A stretch of 64,000 nt of DNA from positions 40,214-104,213 of the forward strand of contig CDRNVI010000138.1 of NCBI GenBank assembly GCA_977017575.1, read 5' to 3'. Made by a program: the position numbers and the translations under genes. Origin of the DNA: Paramoeba atlantica. Its lineage: Eukaryota > Protista > Discosea. The notes below the pieces were generated by a model. The model was not told the origin of the DNA, searched no databases, and saw only the letters and a program-made list of their open reading frames with translations. Shown one piece after another: positions 13,192-26,610 of the stretch (position 1 is its first letter; every line of letters begins with the position of its first letter).

Positions 13192-16100
13192 CCTCAACAA
13201 CCCCAACCACCAAAGCAAAAGTTTCCCCTCCCAAAAAAGGAAAAGAAACAAATACAAAAACAACAACAACAACAACAACACCAAGAGTACTTTCAATCCA
13301 AATGAGACAACACTGGCGTAAACTCAAAGGGGCAGTGGACCGTCTCTCATCCAAAATGGAGGGTCTAAAAAACCATTTTACGTTCACTTTCGAAGAAGGG
13401 GTCCTTGTCCGAGCAGTCAAAGAGGGTAAATGGGTCCTATTAGACGAAATCAATTTGGCGTCACCCGAAACTCTTGAAAGTATCTCAGGCCTTTTAGATG
13501 GTGGGTCGATCTGTCTCACTGAAAGGGGTGACGTTGTTAATGTTCCACGTCATCCAAATTTTCGACTCTTTGCGTGTATGAACCCTGCAACTGATGTCGG
13601 GAAGAAGGATCTTCCTCCTGGATTGAGAAATAGATTCAGCGAATTTTGGGTTGATGAGATTCATACCCGTGACGATCTCTCTCTCTTTGTCAGGACTTAT
13701 TTGATGAATACAGTCCCCGTTCCACCTGTTGATCAGATTGTAAGATTTTTATTATTCTAATTCTTTTCTTTTTTTTTTCCTTTTCTTTTTCTTTTTCTTT
13801 TTTTTTTTTTTTTTTTAACACTGTTTTCCAAAAAAAAGGTTTCATTTTATTTGGACATCCAAAAAGCAGCCAAAGAGACCTTAACAGATGGAACCAATCA
13901 TCGCCCACATTATTCTCTTCGTACTCTTGTCCGGGCTCTCGACTTTACTCGGCGTCACACATTATTGTATGGATTTTCTCGAGCACTTTATGAAGGATTT
14001 TCGATGGGGTTTTTGTCACAACTTTCTGTGGCATCTGCTGAAACGGTTCAGGCGATGATAAGGCACCATTTTGTGTCTTCAAAGAATCCTTTGAAACAGT
14101 TTTTACAACAGCCAAAAGCTCCTTCTTCTTCTTTTGTTTCGTGTATGGGTTTTTGGATAGAAAAAGGGGGGGAGAGGCTGGACCCGATGAAACATTATAT
14201 TATTACTCCGACGATTGAGCGTCACCTTCGTGATTTGACGAGGGTTGTGTTGTCACGTTCTCCTGCTCTTTTACAAGGTTTTTAATTTCATTTCTTTTTT
14301 TTTTTTTTTTTAATTTGATTTATTTATTTTATTAATTAATTTTATTTTATTTTTATTTTATTATCTTTTTTCAATTTCTTTTTGTTCTCTGTCTCTTTTT
14401 TTCTCCTTCTTTTTTCCTCTCACATGAAAAACAAAATAGGACCAACATCAAGTGGAAAAACAAGTATGGTTGAATACCTTTGTAAATTAACTGGCCATCG
14501 GTACATTCGTATTAACAATCATGAACATACTGATCTTCAAGTTTCTTTTCCTTTTTTTTCTTTTCTCTTCAAAATTCCCTCTTTCCCTCTTTCCCTCTCT
14601 CTTTCCCTCTCTCCTTTCTCAACTCACATCTCACACACACAAAAACAAAAAAGGAATATTTGGGAACATATGTAAGTAACGCAGAAGGAAAACTAGAATA
14701 TCAAGAAGGAGTCCTTGTCCAAGCAGCAAGAAGAGGAGATTGGGTCGTCCTGGATGAGCTAAATTTAGCTCCTTCTGATGTTTTAGAAGCTCTAAATCGT
14801 CTTTTGGATGATAATAGGTACCTCTTTTTTTTTGTTTTATTTTTTGTTTTTTATTTAATTGTTTGGTCTGGTTTTTTGAGTTTTTTTAATTTTTTTCTTT
14901 TTTTTATTTTTTCTCATGAAAAAATTATGGGATGTTCTCTATTTCGATGTTCTCTTCCTTCTCCTTTTGTAATTAATCTTAAAAAAAAAAACAGGGAACT
15001 CTTTGTACCAGAGACACAAGAAGTTGTAAAACCACATCCTCATTTTATGTTATTTGCGACTCAAAATCCTGCTGGTTTGTATGGGGGTCGTAAACAACTC
15101 TCTCGTGCTTTTCGAAATAGGTTTTTTATTTTTATTTTTATTTTTATTTTTATTTTTATTTTTATTTTTATTTTTATTTTTTATTTTTTATTTTAATTTT
15201 ACTTCTTTTTTCTCTTTCTTTTCGCCCTCATTTCGCCTCCTTCTTGATGCACCAAAATTTTAAAAACCTAATTATTTAATTATTTTTTTAAATAATAGGT
15301 TTATTGAATTACATTTTGATAATATCCCAGATGATGAACTTGCTATTATTCTTGAGGTTTCCTCCATTTTCTCATTCTTTTTCTTCCCTTTTCTTCTCCA
15401 TTTTCTCTCTCCTCCTTTTCTCCCTTTCTCTCCTCTCATGAAAAACAAAACAGAAAAGATGTGAAATTGCTCCATCATATTGTAAGAAATTAGTAGCGGT
15501 TATGAACGAGTTACAAGCGTCACGCCAACATTCTCAAGTCTTTGCGGGAAAACAGGCTTTCATTACTCTCCGGTTTGTTTATTCTTTTAAGAGATGATAA
15601 AAAAGAGAGAAAGAATGGAGAGAGAAATAAAAGAGAAAAAAGAAGAGAAAAAAGAAAAACAAAAAAAGAGAGTCAAAAAAAAGAAAACAAATGACCCATA
15701 ATTTTAAAAACAAAAATAGGGACCTATTTCGCTGGGCAAAAAGAAAAGCGGTCGGATATGAAGAATTGGGAGAGGCGGGGTATATGTTGTTGGCGGAACG
15801 TCTTCGCAATGATCAGGAGAAAAATGTTGTTCGTTCTGTTATTGAAAAACAATTGAAAATTTCTTTGAATATGCCTCTTCTTTATCTTCGTCATTTTCAG
15901 GTTTTTTTTTTTTTTGTTTGATTTCTTGTTTTGTTTTGTTTGTTTGTTTGATTCTTTGATTCTTTGTTTATTTGTTTATTTGTTCTTTTTTCAAAATCTC
16001 ATCGAAATTTCGCAGAAACATAAAGAGGTGATTCAACAAATTGGGGACAAAATTGGAATAGGAACCATTGTTTGGACGAGTAGTATGATTCGTCTCTTTT

Positions 16101-19100
16101 CTCTTTGTTCTCTTTCTATGGACCATCTTGAACCTGTTTTGTTGGTTGGGGAGACTGGCTGTGGTTCTCTCTCTTCTCTCTTTCTTTTCTCTCTCTTTTT
16201 TATTTCTTTCTTCTCTTTTAAATTCCTTTTTTTAACCCCTGACCCTCTCTCTCTTTCCCTCTCTCTCCTTTTTCTTTTTTCTCCACCACAGGAAAGACGA
16301 CAGTGTGTCAAATATTGGCGGAATTATACAAAATTAAACTTCACACTTTAAATTGTCACCAACACACTGATACATCTGATTTATTGGGTTTTTCTCTCTT
16401 TTCTTTTCTTTCTCTTCTCCTCTCTTCTCCTCTCTTCTCCTCTCTTCTCCTCTCTTCTCCTCTCTTCTCTCCCTCAAAGATTCTCGATTTAATTCAAAAT
16501 CAAAAGGTTCTCTGCGCCCAGTCCGTGGAAAAGACCAAATTCGGATCAAATTGTGTTCCCTATTGCGGGCAATTTTTGAAGAATCATTTCAAAAAATGGA
16601 TGAGAGTCACAATGGAGAGGAAGAAGGAAAGAAAAGGAGTCACGGTGGTGTCACAAGGGATGACTTGGAGGTTGGGATTAAGAGTTTGAAAAATGGGGAA
16701 ATTGGGCGGGGTATAATTTCTACCTTTGAAAAAATTGTTAAAAGTGGAAAAGGAAAGAAGAATTTGAGTGATGCTCAGAAGATTATGGCTGAGGTTTTGA
16801 TTTTTTTTTCTCTTTCTTTCTCTTTCTCTTCATTTCTCACGTAAATAATAGTATCGTTCTCTCTTTGCATGGCATGATGGGCCAGTAGTACAAGCAATGA
16901 AAGAGGGTGGTCTCTTTTTGATGGATGAAGTCAGTCTTGCTGAAGATTCTGTTTTAGAGAGAATGAATAGGTTTTCCACTCCCCCTCATATCCCTTCTCT
17001 TTCTTCTCTCTTTCTCCTCTTCCATTTTTTTCTCTCTCCTCCCTCTCTCTCCTCCCCCTCTCTCCTCCCTCTCTTTCTTCCATTTCTAAAATCCCGAAAT
17101 CAGTATCCTGGAAGCAGACAGAACACTAGTATTACCAGAGAAAGGAGGAGAAGTCATCTGCCAAATTGTGGGACACCCCTCTTTTCGTGTTGTTGCTACT
17201 ATGAATCCTGGTGGTGATTTTGGAAAGAGAGAGCTTTCTCCTGCTTTGAGAAATCGGTTTGTATTTTTTTTTGTTCTTTTTTTTTTTTGGGGGGGGGGGG
17301 GATTTAAATTAGAATGAAAATACTTTTTTTGAAATGGATATTTTAAAAAAAAATCTTATAAATACCCAACAGATTCACCGAAACCTGGGTTCCAAATGTG
17401 GACAACCGTGATGACCTCTTACAAATTCTCTCAGAAAGAATGAAAATTCCCAAAACAGTCAATCCAAATTTTTCCTGTGAAATAATTGGAGGAAGAATTT
17501 TAGATTTTATTGATTGGTTAAAAAAAGAGAAAAATTTAACTCGTTTGGTTGTCAGTTTGAGAGATCTTTTGACTTGGATTCAATTTTTGAATGTTTGTTT
17601 TGATGATCTTTCTTCTTCTTCTTCTTCTTCTCGTGTTTTGAAGTGTTCTATTTCTTCGATTGATGAAGCGTGTGTTCATGGCGCTTTTTTGGTCATTTTA
17701 GATGGGTTTGATTTTTACTTTTTTTTTTCCTTTTTCATTTCAGATTTCTTTCTTCTTTTTGCTAATTTTTTTTCGTAGGCTTGGGACAACTGGATCAGGC
17801 ATTTTTTCGGTTGAAAATGTTCTCTCTCTTCAAAAAGAGTCTGTTCAATTTTTAGTTCATCATTTAGACCAATTGCAGCAAACCCGAATTTTAAAATCTG
17901 TTGGTTTTGAAATTTCAAAGACAGAAGAGAGAGAAAAGGAGAGAAGAAAGGGAGATGATGAAGATCAGTGTATTCCTCAATTTCGTCAGTTTGGAAATGT
18001 GACAACTTTTGGAATTGAGCCGTTTTATATTGAGTGTGGCGGGATTCCTGATAAGGGAGTCAATTATTCGTTGTGTGCTCCAACAACGTCACGGAATGTG
18101 TCACGATTGTTGAGGGGTATGCAATTGCCTAAACCTTTGTTGCTTGAAGGATCTCCTGGTGTTGGGAAAAGTATTTGACTTTTTTTTTTGTTGATGAAGA
18201 GAAAGAGGAGAGAGAAAAAGAGAGAAATTGAAATTTTCTAATTCATTTTCCTTTCTCAGCATCTCTCGTAATTGCGCTTGGTAAATCAGTTGGAAAAAAT
18301 ATTGTTCGAATCAACTTGTCAGAACAGACAGATATAATGGATTTACTTGGTTCTGATCTTCCTGTTGAGGGTGGGTCTGGTGGTGAGTTTGCATGGAGAG
18401 ATGGAATCCTTCTTTCAGCAATTAAAGCAGGTCCATTTTTTTTTTTTTAATTGAAAAATTTCTTTTCAACTCCTAATTTCATTTTCATTAAACAAAAAAC
18501 AAAAAAAAACAGGAGATTGGGTCTTATTAGATGAATTGAATCTTGCATCACAATCAGTGCTAGAAGGACTTAATGCAATTCTTGACCACAGAGCATCCAT
18601 TTTCATTCCAGAACTTGATCGATCTTTCAATTGTCCACCAGGATTTCGTGTATTTGCTTGTCAAAATCCTATCTCACAAGGAGGTGGTCGAAAAGGACTC
18701 CCTAAATCATTCCTCAACCGATTTACTCAAATTTACATTGATCCTCTCTCTTTTGATGATTATGTTTTTATTTTGGGGCAGTCGTTTGAGTCTCTTCCAA
18801 GCGAGCTTCTTTCCAAAATGGTTACTTTTAATTCTCTTCTTTTGGAGGAGGTCCAAAAGGGAATAGTGGGGCGAGTGGGTGGACCTTGGGAGTTAAATTT
18901 ACGAGATTTGGTTCGGTGGGGAGAATTGATGGTTGCGTCACAATCAGAGGAAATGGGGTGGAATCCTGGAGATTTTTTGGATATGATTTATTTACAAAGA
19001 ATGCGGACTATTACTGATCGTCAAGAAGTGGTTAAGATTTATAATCAAGTTTTTTCGAATGCAAAACTTTCTCTTTGTTCTGAGACACTGACTATTCGCC

Positions 19101-22100
19101 CTGTTACTGACGATGATGAGGATTCTATGTCTTCAAAATTGAAGAATTACAATCGAATCCGAATTCTCCCTTCCTATACCCAGATTGGAGGAACATTTCT
19201 TCCACGTGACGCTAGCCGTCCTCCTGCAACCTCTGATTTATCGACAATTCATCTTGATCCACCCCCTCTACTCGCTCTTCCCCCTCAATTGAGCATGGCG
19301 GAACACGTTATGAAGTGCGTTGAAATGAATTGGATGCCAATTTTAATTGGTCCCGCAGGAAGTGGAAAGACGTCACTCATTAGATATTTGGCAAAGTTGT
19401 CTGGGAGGGTATTAGATGTTTTTGCAATGAATAGCAGTGTTGATACCATGGAACTTTTGGGTGGATATGAGCAGGTGGAAGAAGGGAGATATCGAAGGCG
19501 GGTGATTGAGATTTTGTCCGATGTTGTTGAATGTCTTTTAAGGTGTTTATTATTGAGGTTTTATCAAGGTGAAGTGGAGGGTTTGAAGCGTCATAGTAAT
19601 GTTGATGCAACATTGAGTGCTGTAGGAGAGGGTCAGGTTTGTTTGGATAAGATGAATGAGATTTTGGATTTGTGGAGAGTTGTCAGGTTTCATCATCTTT
19701 CTTCTTCTTCTACTCCTTCTTCTTGGAAGGTGAAGAAAGAGATGGTGTTGCAGCTGTTTGGGTTGATTGAAAAAACTTCAGTTTCATTTTTCATTCCAAT
19801 TCCAACAACTCCCAACACTCAGAACAAACAAGAAGAATCGGAAACATCTTCTTCTCTCCCTTCCTCTCTCTTCTTTAACCACACAATCCACAAAACATGT
19901 TCGTCATCCCCTTCACTCCAAGAAACAAAAGCAACCATTCAACAATGGGCCGACATCCTCGCCGAACAGAGCGTCTCGGGAAAATTCGAGTGGGTCGATG
20001 GGATGCTCCTTCGAGCGATGCGAGATGGCCACTGGCTATTAATAGACAATGTCAATTTTTGTGCTCCAACAGTATTGGATCGTCTCAATCCGTTAGTAGA
20101 ACCAGGCGGCTCCCTAATTGTAAATGAAAGAGGCACACTCTCAAATGGGGAATTACATGTGGCAAAACCTCATCCAAATTTCCGGTTATTTTTGACTATG
20201 GATGCGGCGAGTGGGGAGGTGTCACGTGCAATGAGGAATCGGGGAGTCGAGATGGTGATTCTTCCCCCTTGTTCGTCAAGTGCTGCGGCTGGTTCTTTCT
20301 TTTTTCTTTTTTGTTTTCACTTCTCTCCTCTTGATTTAACATTTTTTATTCTTTTTTAGATACACTCATCAAAGCCGAAAAAGTCCCTCCAGTTTGGTCA
20401 TCCAATCTTCTCCACATTCATAAAATCTCAATGGAATTTCTCTCAAATCTCTCCTCATCTACACACAATGATTCAATCCGTCAACTGCTTCAATGTGTTC
20501 GGTTAACAATTCAGCAACTTGAGTTAGGGAGTCACGTTTCTTCTTCGCTTTGTCACTCAATTTATCAGGTTTATGGTGGAGATGTAGTCACGTTTTTGAG
20601 AGAGGGAGAGAGAGAGAAGGAAAAAGAGGAAGGAGAGAATGTGGTGATGGAAGAGAGAGAATCTTCTCTTTCTTCTTCTCTTTCTTCTCTTTCTTCTTCA
20701 TCTATCTCGACCCACTCTCTTCTCTGTGGTTGGAAAGAGTTCTCTCCTTCTCTATTTCAAGATTCTTCTCTCTCCTCTCTCTCTTCTTCTGTCTCTCTTC
20801 TCTTTGATGTTTCTTCTCTTCTCGCCAACCAATATCTCTCCTTTTTGTTTTGGAAAGAGAGAGAAGAGAAAGAAGAAGAAAAAGAGAAAGAAAGGAGAGT
20901 GATGGTGAAAGAATATATTGAAATAGATCCTTTGTGTCTTCGTTCTGTTGAACCCTCTCTTCTTTCTGAAATCTCTTGTCCTTCTTCTCTCTCTCCTTCT
21001 TCTCCTTCCTCTTCTTCTTCTTTCCCATTCTCTACTCTCTCTACTCTCTCTTGTCAAGTTCCAAAAGAACCTCTCTCACCTTTAAAAGGAGTCTCTCTTG
21101 AGAATTTAGGAACAATTTTGGTTTCTTTGATTGTCGAAATTATCCCTTCTTCTCTTTCTCCTCTCTCTTTTCTCTCTTCTTCTTCTTCTTCTCTTCCTCT
21201 CTCTTCTTCCCAAAAAGAAGAACTTTCGAAAATGATTCTTCTTTCTCTCACTCCAGTTAAAACAATTTTGAAAATTTCAAGAAAAGTGAGAGCGGAAAGA
21301 AAAATTGAGAAGGGAGAAAAGAAAATAAAGAGAGAAGGAGAAGAAGAAAAAGAGACTGAAAGAGAGAGAGAAGAGAGAGAGAAAGAAGAGAGGTGGGAGA
21401 GAAAACTTTCTCTTTTTGTGGAGCAAGTGGAGTGGGGTGTTTCTGCTCTTTGTTTTGTTTATCAAAACGACGCAGTTTTTTCTCTACAAAATGTAGTAAA
21501 GGAGAAATTGTTTTCTTCTCTTTCTTCTTCTTCTTCTCTTTCTTCTTCTCTCTCTCCTTCTCTCTTTCTTCTTACAGATCAACCTCTTGACGTGTTTCAA
21601 AATGAGCCTCTCTTTCGTCAATTATTTGGTTTTTTTTCTTTATTATATTTTCTTCTTTTTTTTCTTTTCATTCTCTTTCTTTTTCTGACACTACTCAAAA
21701 AAGGGAGAGAGAGAGAAGAGAGAGAAAAGAGAAAGAGAGGATTTGCGCCTTTGTTTCCTTCAACAGATACAGCTCTCTTATTGTGTGGAGAGAGAAGAGA
21801 GAGAGAAGAGAATAGTGAAGGAGAGAAAGAAGAAGAAATATCTTCTCTTTCATCTCTTTCTTCTCTCTTGAAGTTGGCATATTTTCTCTCTTTTCAAGAG
21901 AAAAAAGAGAAGTTTCTTTTTGAGAGGTTTCTTTTTTTATTTCTTTCTTGAATTTTTCTTCTTCTTTGTTGTTAATACAATTTCTTTTTTTTTTTTTATT
22001 TTTTAGTGCAACATCAAAAGAAGATGAAGACAAAACACTGCTTCAAATGTCACGTGAAACCTATTTCCAAAAATTGGACCCCTCCGATCTCCCTCCTCTT

Positions 22101-25100
22101 CTCTCTCCCCTCATACAAAATCTCTACCCTTTTCTCCTCTCTCTTGACAATCTTCTCTCTTCTCTCGTCAAAAAATCAGCTTCTTTTCTCCCTTCTTCTC
22201 TCTCTTCTTCTTCTTCTTCTTCTTCTCTCTTCCAAGAAAAATTTATTCAAAATCTCATCTCCCTTTTTGAATTAAGGGTCTATTTATCAGATAATCTGGA
22301 CCAAAGAAAGTTAAATAAGCCCACCCTCTTAGATATATGGAACACTCTCTCTCTTCATGTCAAACAATTATTAGCCCCAATTCTGAGCAATGACCCTAAA
22401 TCTAATTCGTCATCTCTCACAATTGCAAGAGTGAGAGATCTCCCTGTTTCAATTTCAGGACCCAATTTTTCGGCTCTTCTTCGTGACATCTTCCACACCA
22501 CTGGTACAAACACAAACCTTGAGCACTTTTTGCATTTTTATAATGCATTTGAGGAACAAATCTTCCTGTTAATTCGACCAGAAACTTCCATTATTTCGAC
22601 CCCTCGATCTGGTGGGAAGAGCGCTCTCTTGGGTACATTATCTTCGACGATTATGGCAAATTATCAAAAAAGGTGTGGTAATGTGGCGACATTTCGGTGC
22701 CAACTTTTATTTTTACTTTTTGAGAGATTGAAGAGAGTGTCTAGAGATTTATTTTCACATCGAAATGATCCCTTTAATATGGATGGAAGTTTTAGTGACC
22801 CGCTTCCATTAGCTGTGCGTCTTCAAAGTGACACCAAATTTTCTCAAAAAAGGGGAGACATTCACGAGTCGATTTTAGAGGGAATTGGGACCATTTGGAA
22901 ACTGAATGGTGATCCTGGATTTGTGGCTGCCATTCGATCTGTTGAGGAAAGAGAAGAAATAAGAGAAGAACAAAGTGATGGAGAGGATTCGTTTATTCAG
23001 AGAGTTTTGAAGAAAATTCAAGGGAGCGGTTTTGGTCAAGTTATCACAGATTTTTCATCGAAAGTTGATTTATTGCGTTCTGTCACAAAGGTGTGTGAAT
23101 TTTTGGAAAAAGATGTGGCTGGTTTTTCTTCTGTGACTGCTCTTTCGAGCGTGACACCATCGTTGTTTAAGGGGGAAATTCTTCCAGAGTTAGGTCGATT
23201 CCAATTTAAACCTGAGCTGGTGGGACTTTTTGAAGATTTACATTCGTTGCGAACTCAATTTTCTGTGACTCCTCAACTCTTACATCGTGTTATGCGTCAC
23301 TTTTCTCAATTTGAGAAATCAACGGTGTTGAGTGGAGACGGAGAGACCCTTTCTTCTTCTCTTTCTTCTTCTCTTTCCTCTCTTTCTGAAATGGTCGCAC
23401 ATATTCTCAATTTAGGGGGAGGTTTGATGAAAGGGACCATACCCCCCACTGACTTTGTCCCCTTTTTATTATTATTGTGGGAATTGAATCAAAGTGAAGA
23501 AGAGAGAAGAGAGAAAGAAGAGAATACTCTATCAAAGGTTTGAATTCTTGGTTTTGTAAAAAAATAATTGAAGAAAAAAAAAACTAATTTCTTGAAATAG
23601 AGAGAGAAAAAGAAAGCACTTCGATTGGGTGGTGTTTTTGAAGAAATTGACCATTCTTTTTCCTCTCGTTTGTGGGACTCACCATTCTCTTCTCTTTTGC
23701 CATTATTGGACCAGGTTTTCCTTTCTTTCTTTTTAATTAATCCCTTCTCAAAATTTCATAATTTAAAAATATTCTTTTTGCAAAACCAGACACCAGAAAA
23801 AGCCAACACCCCAGGAATTGTGACACCATTTTCGCCCATTGGCGGTTCTTCCACTGAGTCTCCGACTTTGGCTGGCCCTGGTCTCTTATACTGTGCCACT
23901 TCCTCAAAAATAGCATTTTCCTTGTTGAAAGTGGGACAATCATTGGGTGATGAGACACCCATTGAGATGGTGTCACAGAAATTGAATCAATTGAGGGAGT
24001 TCATTGGTCAACTTGGAGGGGAGAGAAAGAGAAGAGAAGAAGGAGAAGAGGAGTTTTGTCCCGAGAGAGGAGATTGGTTAAAGGTTTGTCTTAAGGTGAT
24101 TCAATTGGTTGAGACAGGGGCGATTGGACCCTCTGACATCATCAAAGGAGAATTAGTTGGCATTTGTGAGAGGGCTTTGAGGGTGATTGTTGGTGAAGAT
24201 TCTTCTCTTTCTTCTTCTTCAATTCGTGTTCCTGATCTCTCGCTTTCTTGTTTGGATGATGTGACGCAAGGCTTATTGAAAACGGTTGTGGGAGGATTAT
24301 GTTCTCTCCTGAGTGAAAGAGAAAGAAAGGAAGAAAGTGAAGAAGAAGAGAGAGAGTGGTGGGAAGAGAGGCGGAAAGAATTAGGAGAAGTGATGGTGAA
24401 TTTAGGGATGATTCGAATGAGATTATTATTACCATCTACATTAGTTGACCCTAATTTAAAATATACAGTCAGGAGAGAGAGAGGAGAGGAGATAGAAACA
24501 AGATTGAGAGAGGAAGGAGAGGGAAGAGAGGAGATGGAGAGAAGGGGAGAGGGTGGGGGAGAGAGAGTTTGGAGAGAGAGGGAGAGAGAGAGAAAGAGCG
24601 TTGGAGAGGTGGTTTGTTTGTTGAGGTGGAAGGAGATTCCCAGGAGTTTTGAAGGTGCTTGTTCTTCGATCAGTCACAGGTTTTTTTATCTTTTTTTTTT
24701 TTTTTTTTGTTTTTTTAAAGAATTTTCACAAACAAATCAAATTTTCTTTCTTTGAAATCAATTTTGTCTAACTTTAATTATTTTAGTTCAAAATTCGAAA
24801 AACTCGCACAAGAAATGCACCATTGTTCAGCAACATTAACCAGTGTCCCAAAAGTATCACAACTATTAAATGAAATCACTTCTTCAAAAGGCAATATTTC
24901 TGATCGTCTTGTTGAGCAAGAGGTTTTCTCTTTTCTCTCTCTTCCCTTTTTCATTCTCTCTTTTCCTTTCTCTTTCCTTTCCTATCTCACTTTTCTTTTT
25001 TCTCCACAGAATCTATGGCAACAAAACACCGCCCACTTCATCTCTAACCTCGAAAAAAATTTCCCTCACTACCGCGACATCTATGTTCCCTTTTGCAATG

Positions 25101-26574
25101 CGATCTGGGATATCAAATATGGAATGCGTCTTGCTCTCCTTTCACACTCTCTTTCTTCTCTCTCTTCTTTAAAGAAAATGAAAAAGAGTTTTGAGAGGTT
25201 GGTTCAATTTCCCAGAGGGGGTCAAGTGGACATGAGAGGAGGTTTCGATGAGGGGATGGGACACGTGGGGCGAGTTGATTGGTTGAGGGAAGAGGTTATT
25301 GAACAGAGGAAGTTGCTTTCTTTTCTTAAGAATGTAAATTTATTTTTTTCATTTTTTCTTTCTCTCTCTTTTTCTTTTCTTTCTCTCTTTTTTCTCTCTT
25401 TCACTTTTCTTCCTCATTCTCATTTTCTTTTCTTCTTTCCAGACCAAGCTTCAATTTAAACTTCAATTCCAAATCCTATTTCGGTCTCTCCGTCTCTCAC
25501 TCTCACACCAATCTCTCTCATCTCTCTCTCTCCCTCCTCCCCCTCCTATCTCTTCCTCTCTCTCTTCTCCCTCCTCCTCTCAATCCTCTCTCCTCTCCCC
25601 CTCTCATCTCTCTCTCTACAACTCCATCTTTTCTATCATTGTCCAGCTCTGGGAACAAAATGTTGAGAGAAAGAAGAAGAGAGAAGAAGAGATAAATTCT
25701 TTATATAAATATAAAGAGGTTGAGCGTGGAGGAGAGACAGAGGAAGAGAGAGAAGAGAGAGTGTTTAGAGAGAGTTTTCCTGATTATTATGAGAGTTTTG
25801 GGGATATTGAAGAGGAAGGAGAGACAGAGGGAGAGAGAGAAGACATTGTTCCTCAGGTTGGAAACAGTTTTTGTTGATTCACTATTTAATATTTATTATT
25901 TATTATTTATTTCTTTATTTCTTTATTTCTGATTTTTTTTTTCTTCTTCTTATTTTTTGTTGAATTTTTGATTTCTTTTCGAAAAAATCAGATTTAAAAT
26001 TGATATTTCTTTTTTAGAGCGTTGAATCCAAAAAAGAAGAAGAAGGAGATTGGATCACAGAAGAAGATCTTTACCATATGTTTTGTTGTCACAGAAAAAT
26101 ATTTGAGTCTTCACTCTCCCCTTCTCTTCTCCCTTTTGAATCTCTTTCTCCAGTTTGTTTCTTTCTCATTTTCCCTCTCTTTTCTTTTTTCTAACTTCTC
26201 TCTCTTCCCAAAGATACGAGAAGCCGAAAAAGCACAAGAGATTGGACACAAAGTCTCTTCTGAACTCTTCCGTGACACCCCCACATTTTCCTTATTTGGA
26301 GGTCATATGGACTCCATTTCTATGTCATCTCATATTATTATGGCTTCTCAGATGTGTTCTAATATCTCTTCCTCTTCCTCTTCTTCTTTCTCTTCTTCTC
26401 CTTCTCCTGCTTCTACTTTCTCTTCTCCTTTTGCTTCTCTTTTTGACGAGGGTATTCGTCACAAAGGGGCCTTAATTGGAGCAAGGAAATGCTATGATAT
26501 TTATCGAGATCCAAATCAAAAAGAAGCTCAGGTATTTATTTTTTTTTCCTCTTTTTTCCCCTTCTATTCCTTTT

Positions 26575-26610
<36 letters not shown>

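Noticed and set aside
21629-25009. In-frame, stop-free introns (21629-21703, 23715-23789, 24923-25009) as regulated exitrons
   Set aside because: CT-rich introns rarely contain stops and one third are multiples of 3 by chance.
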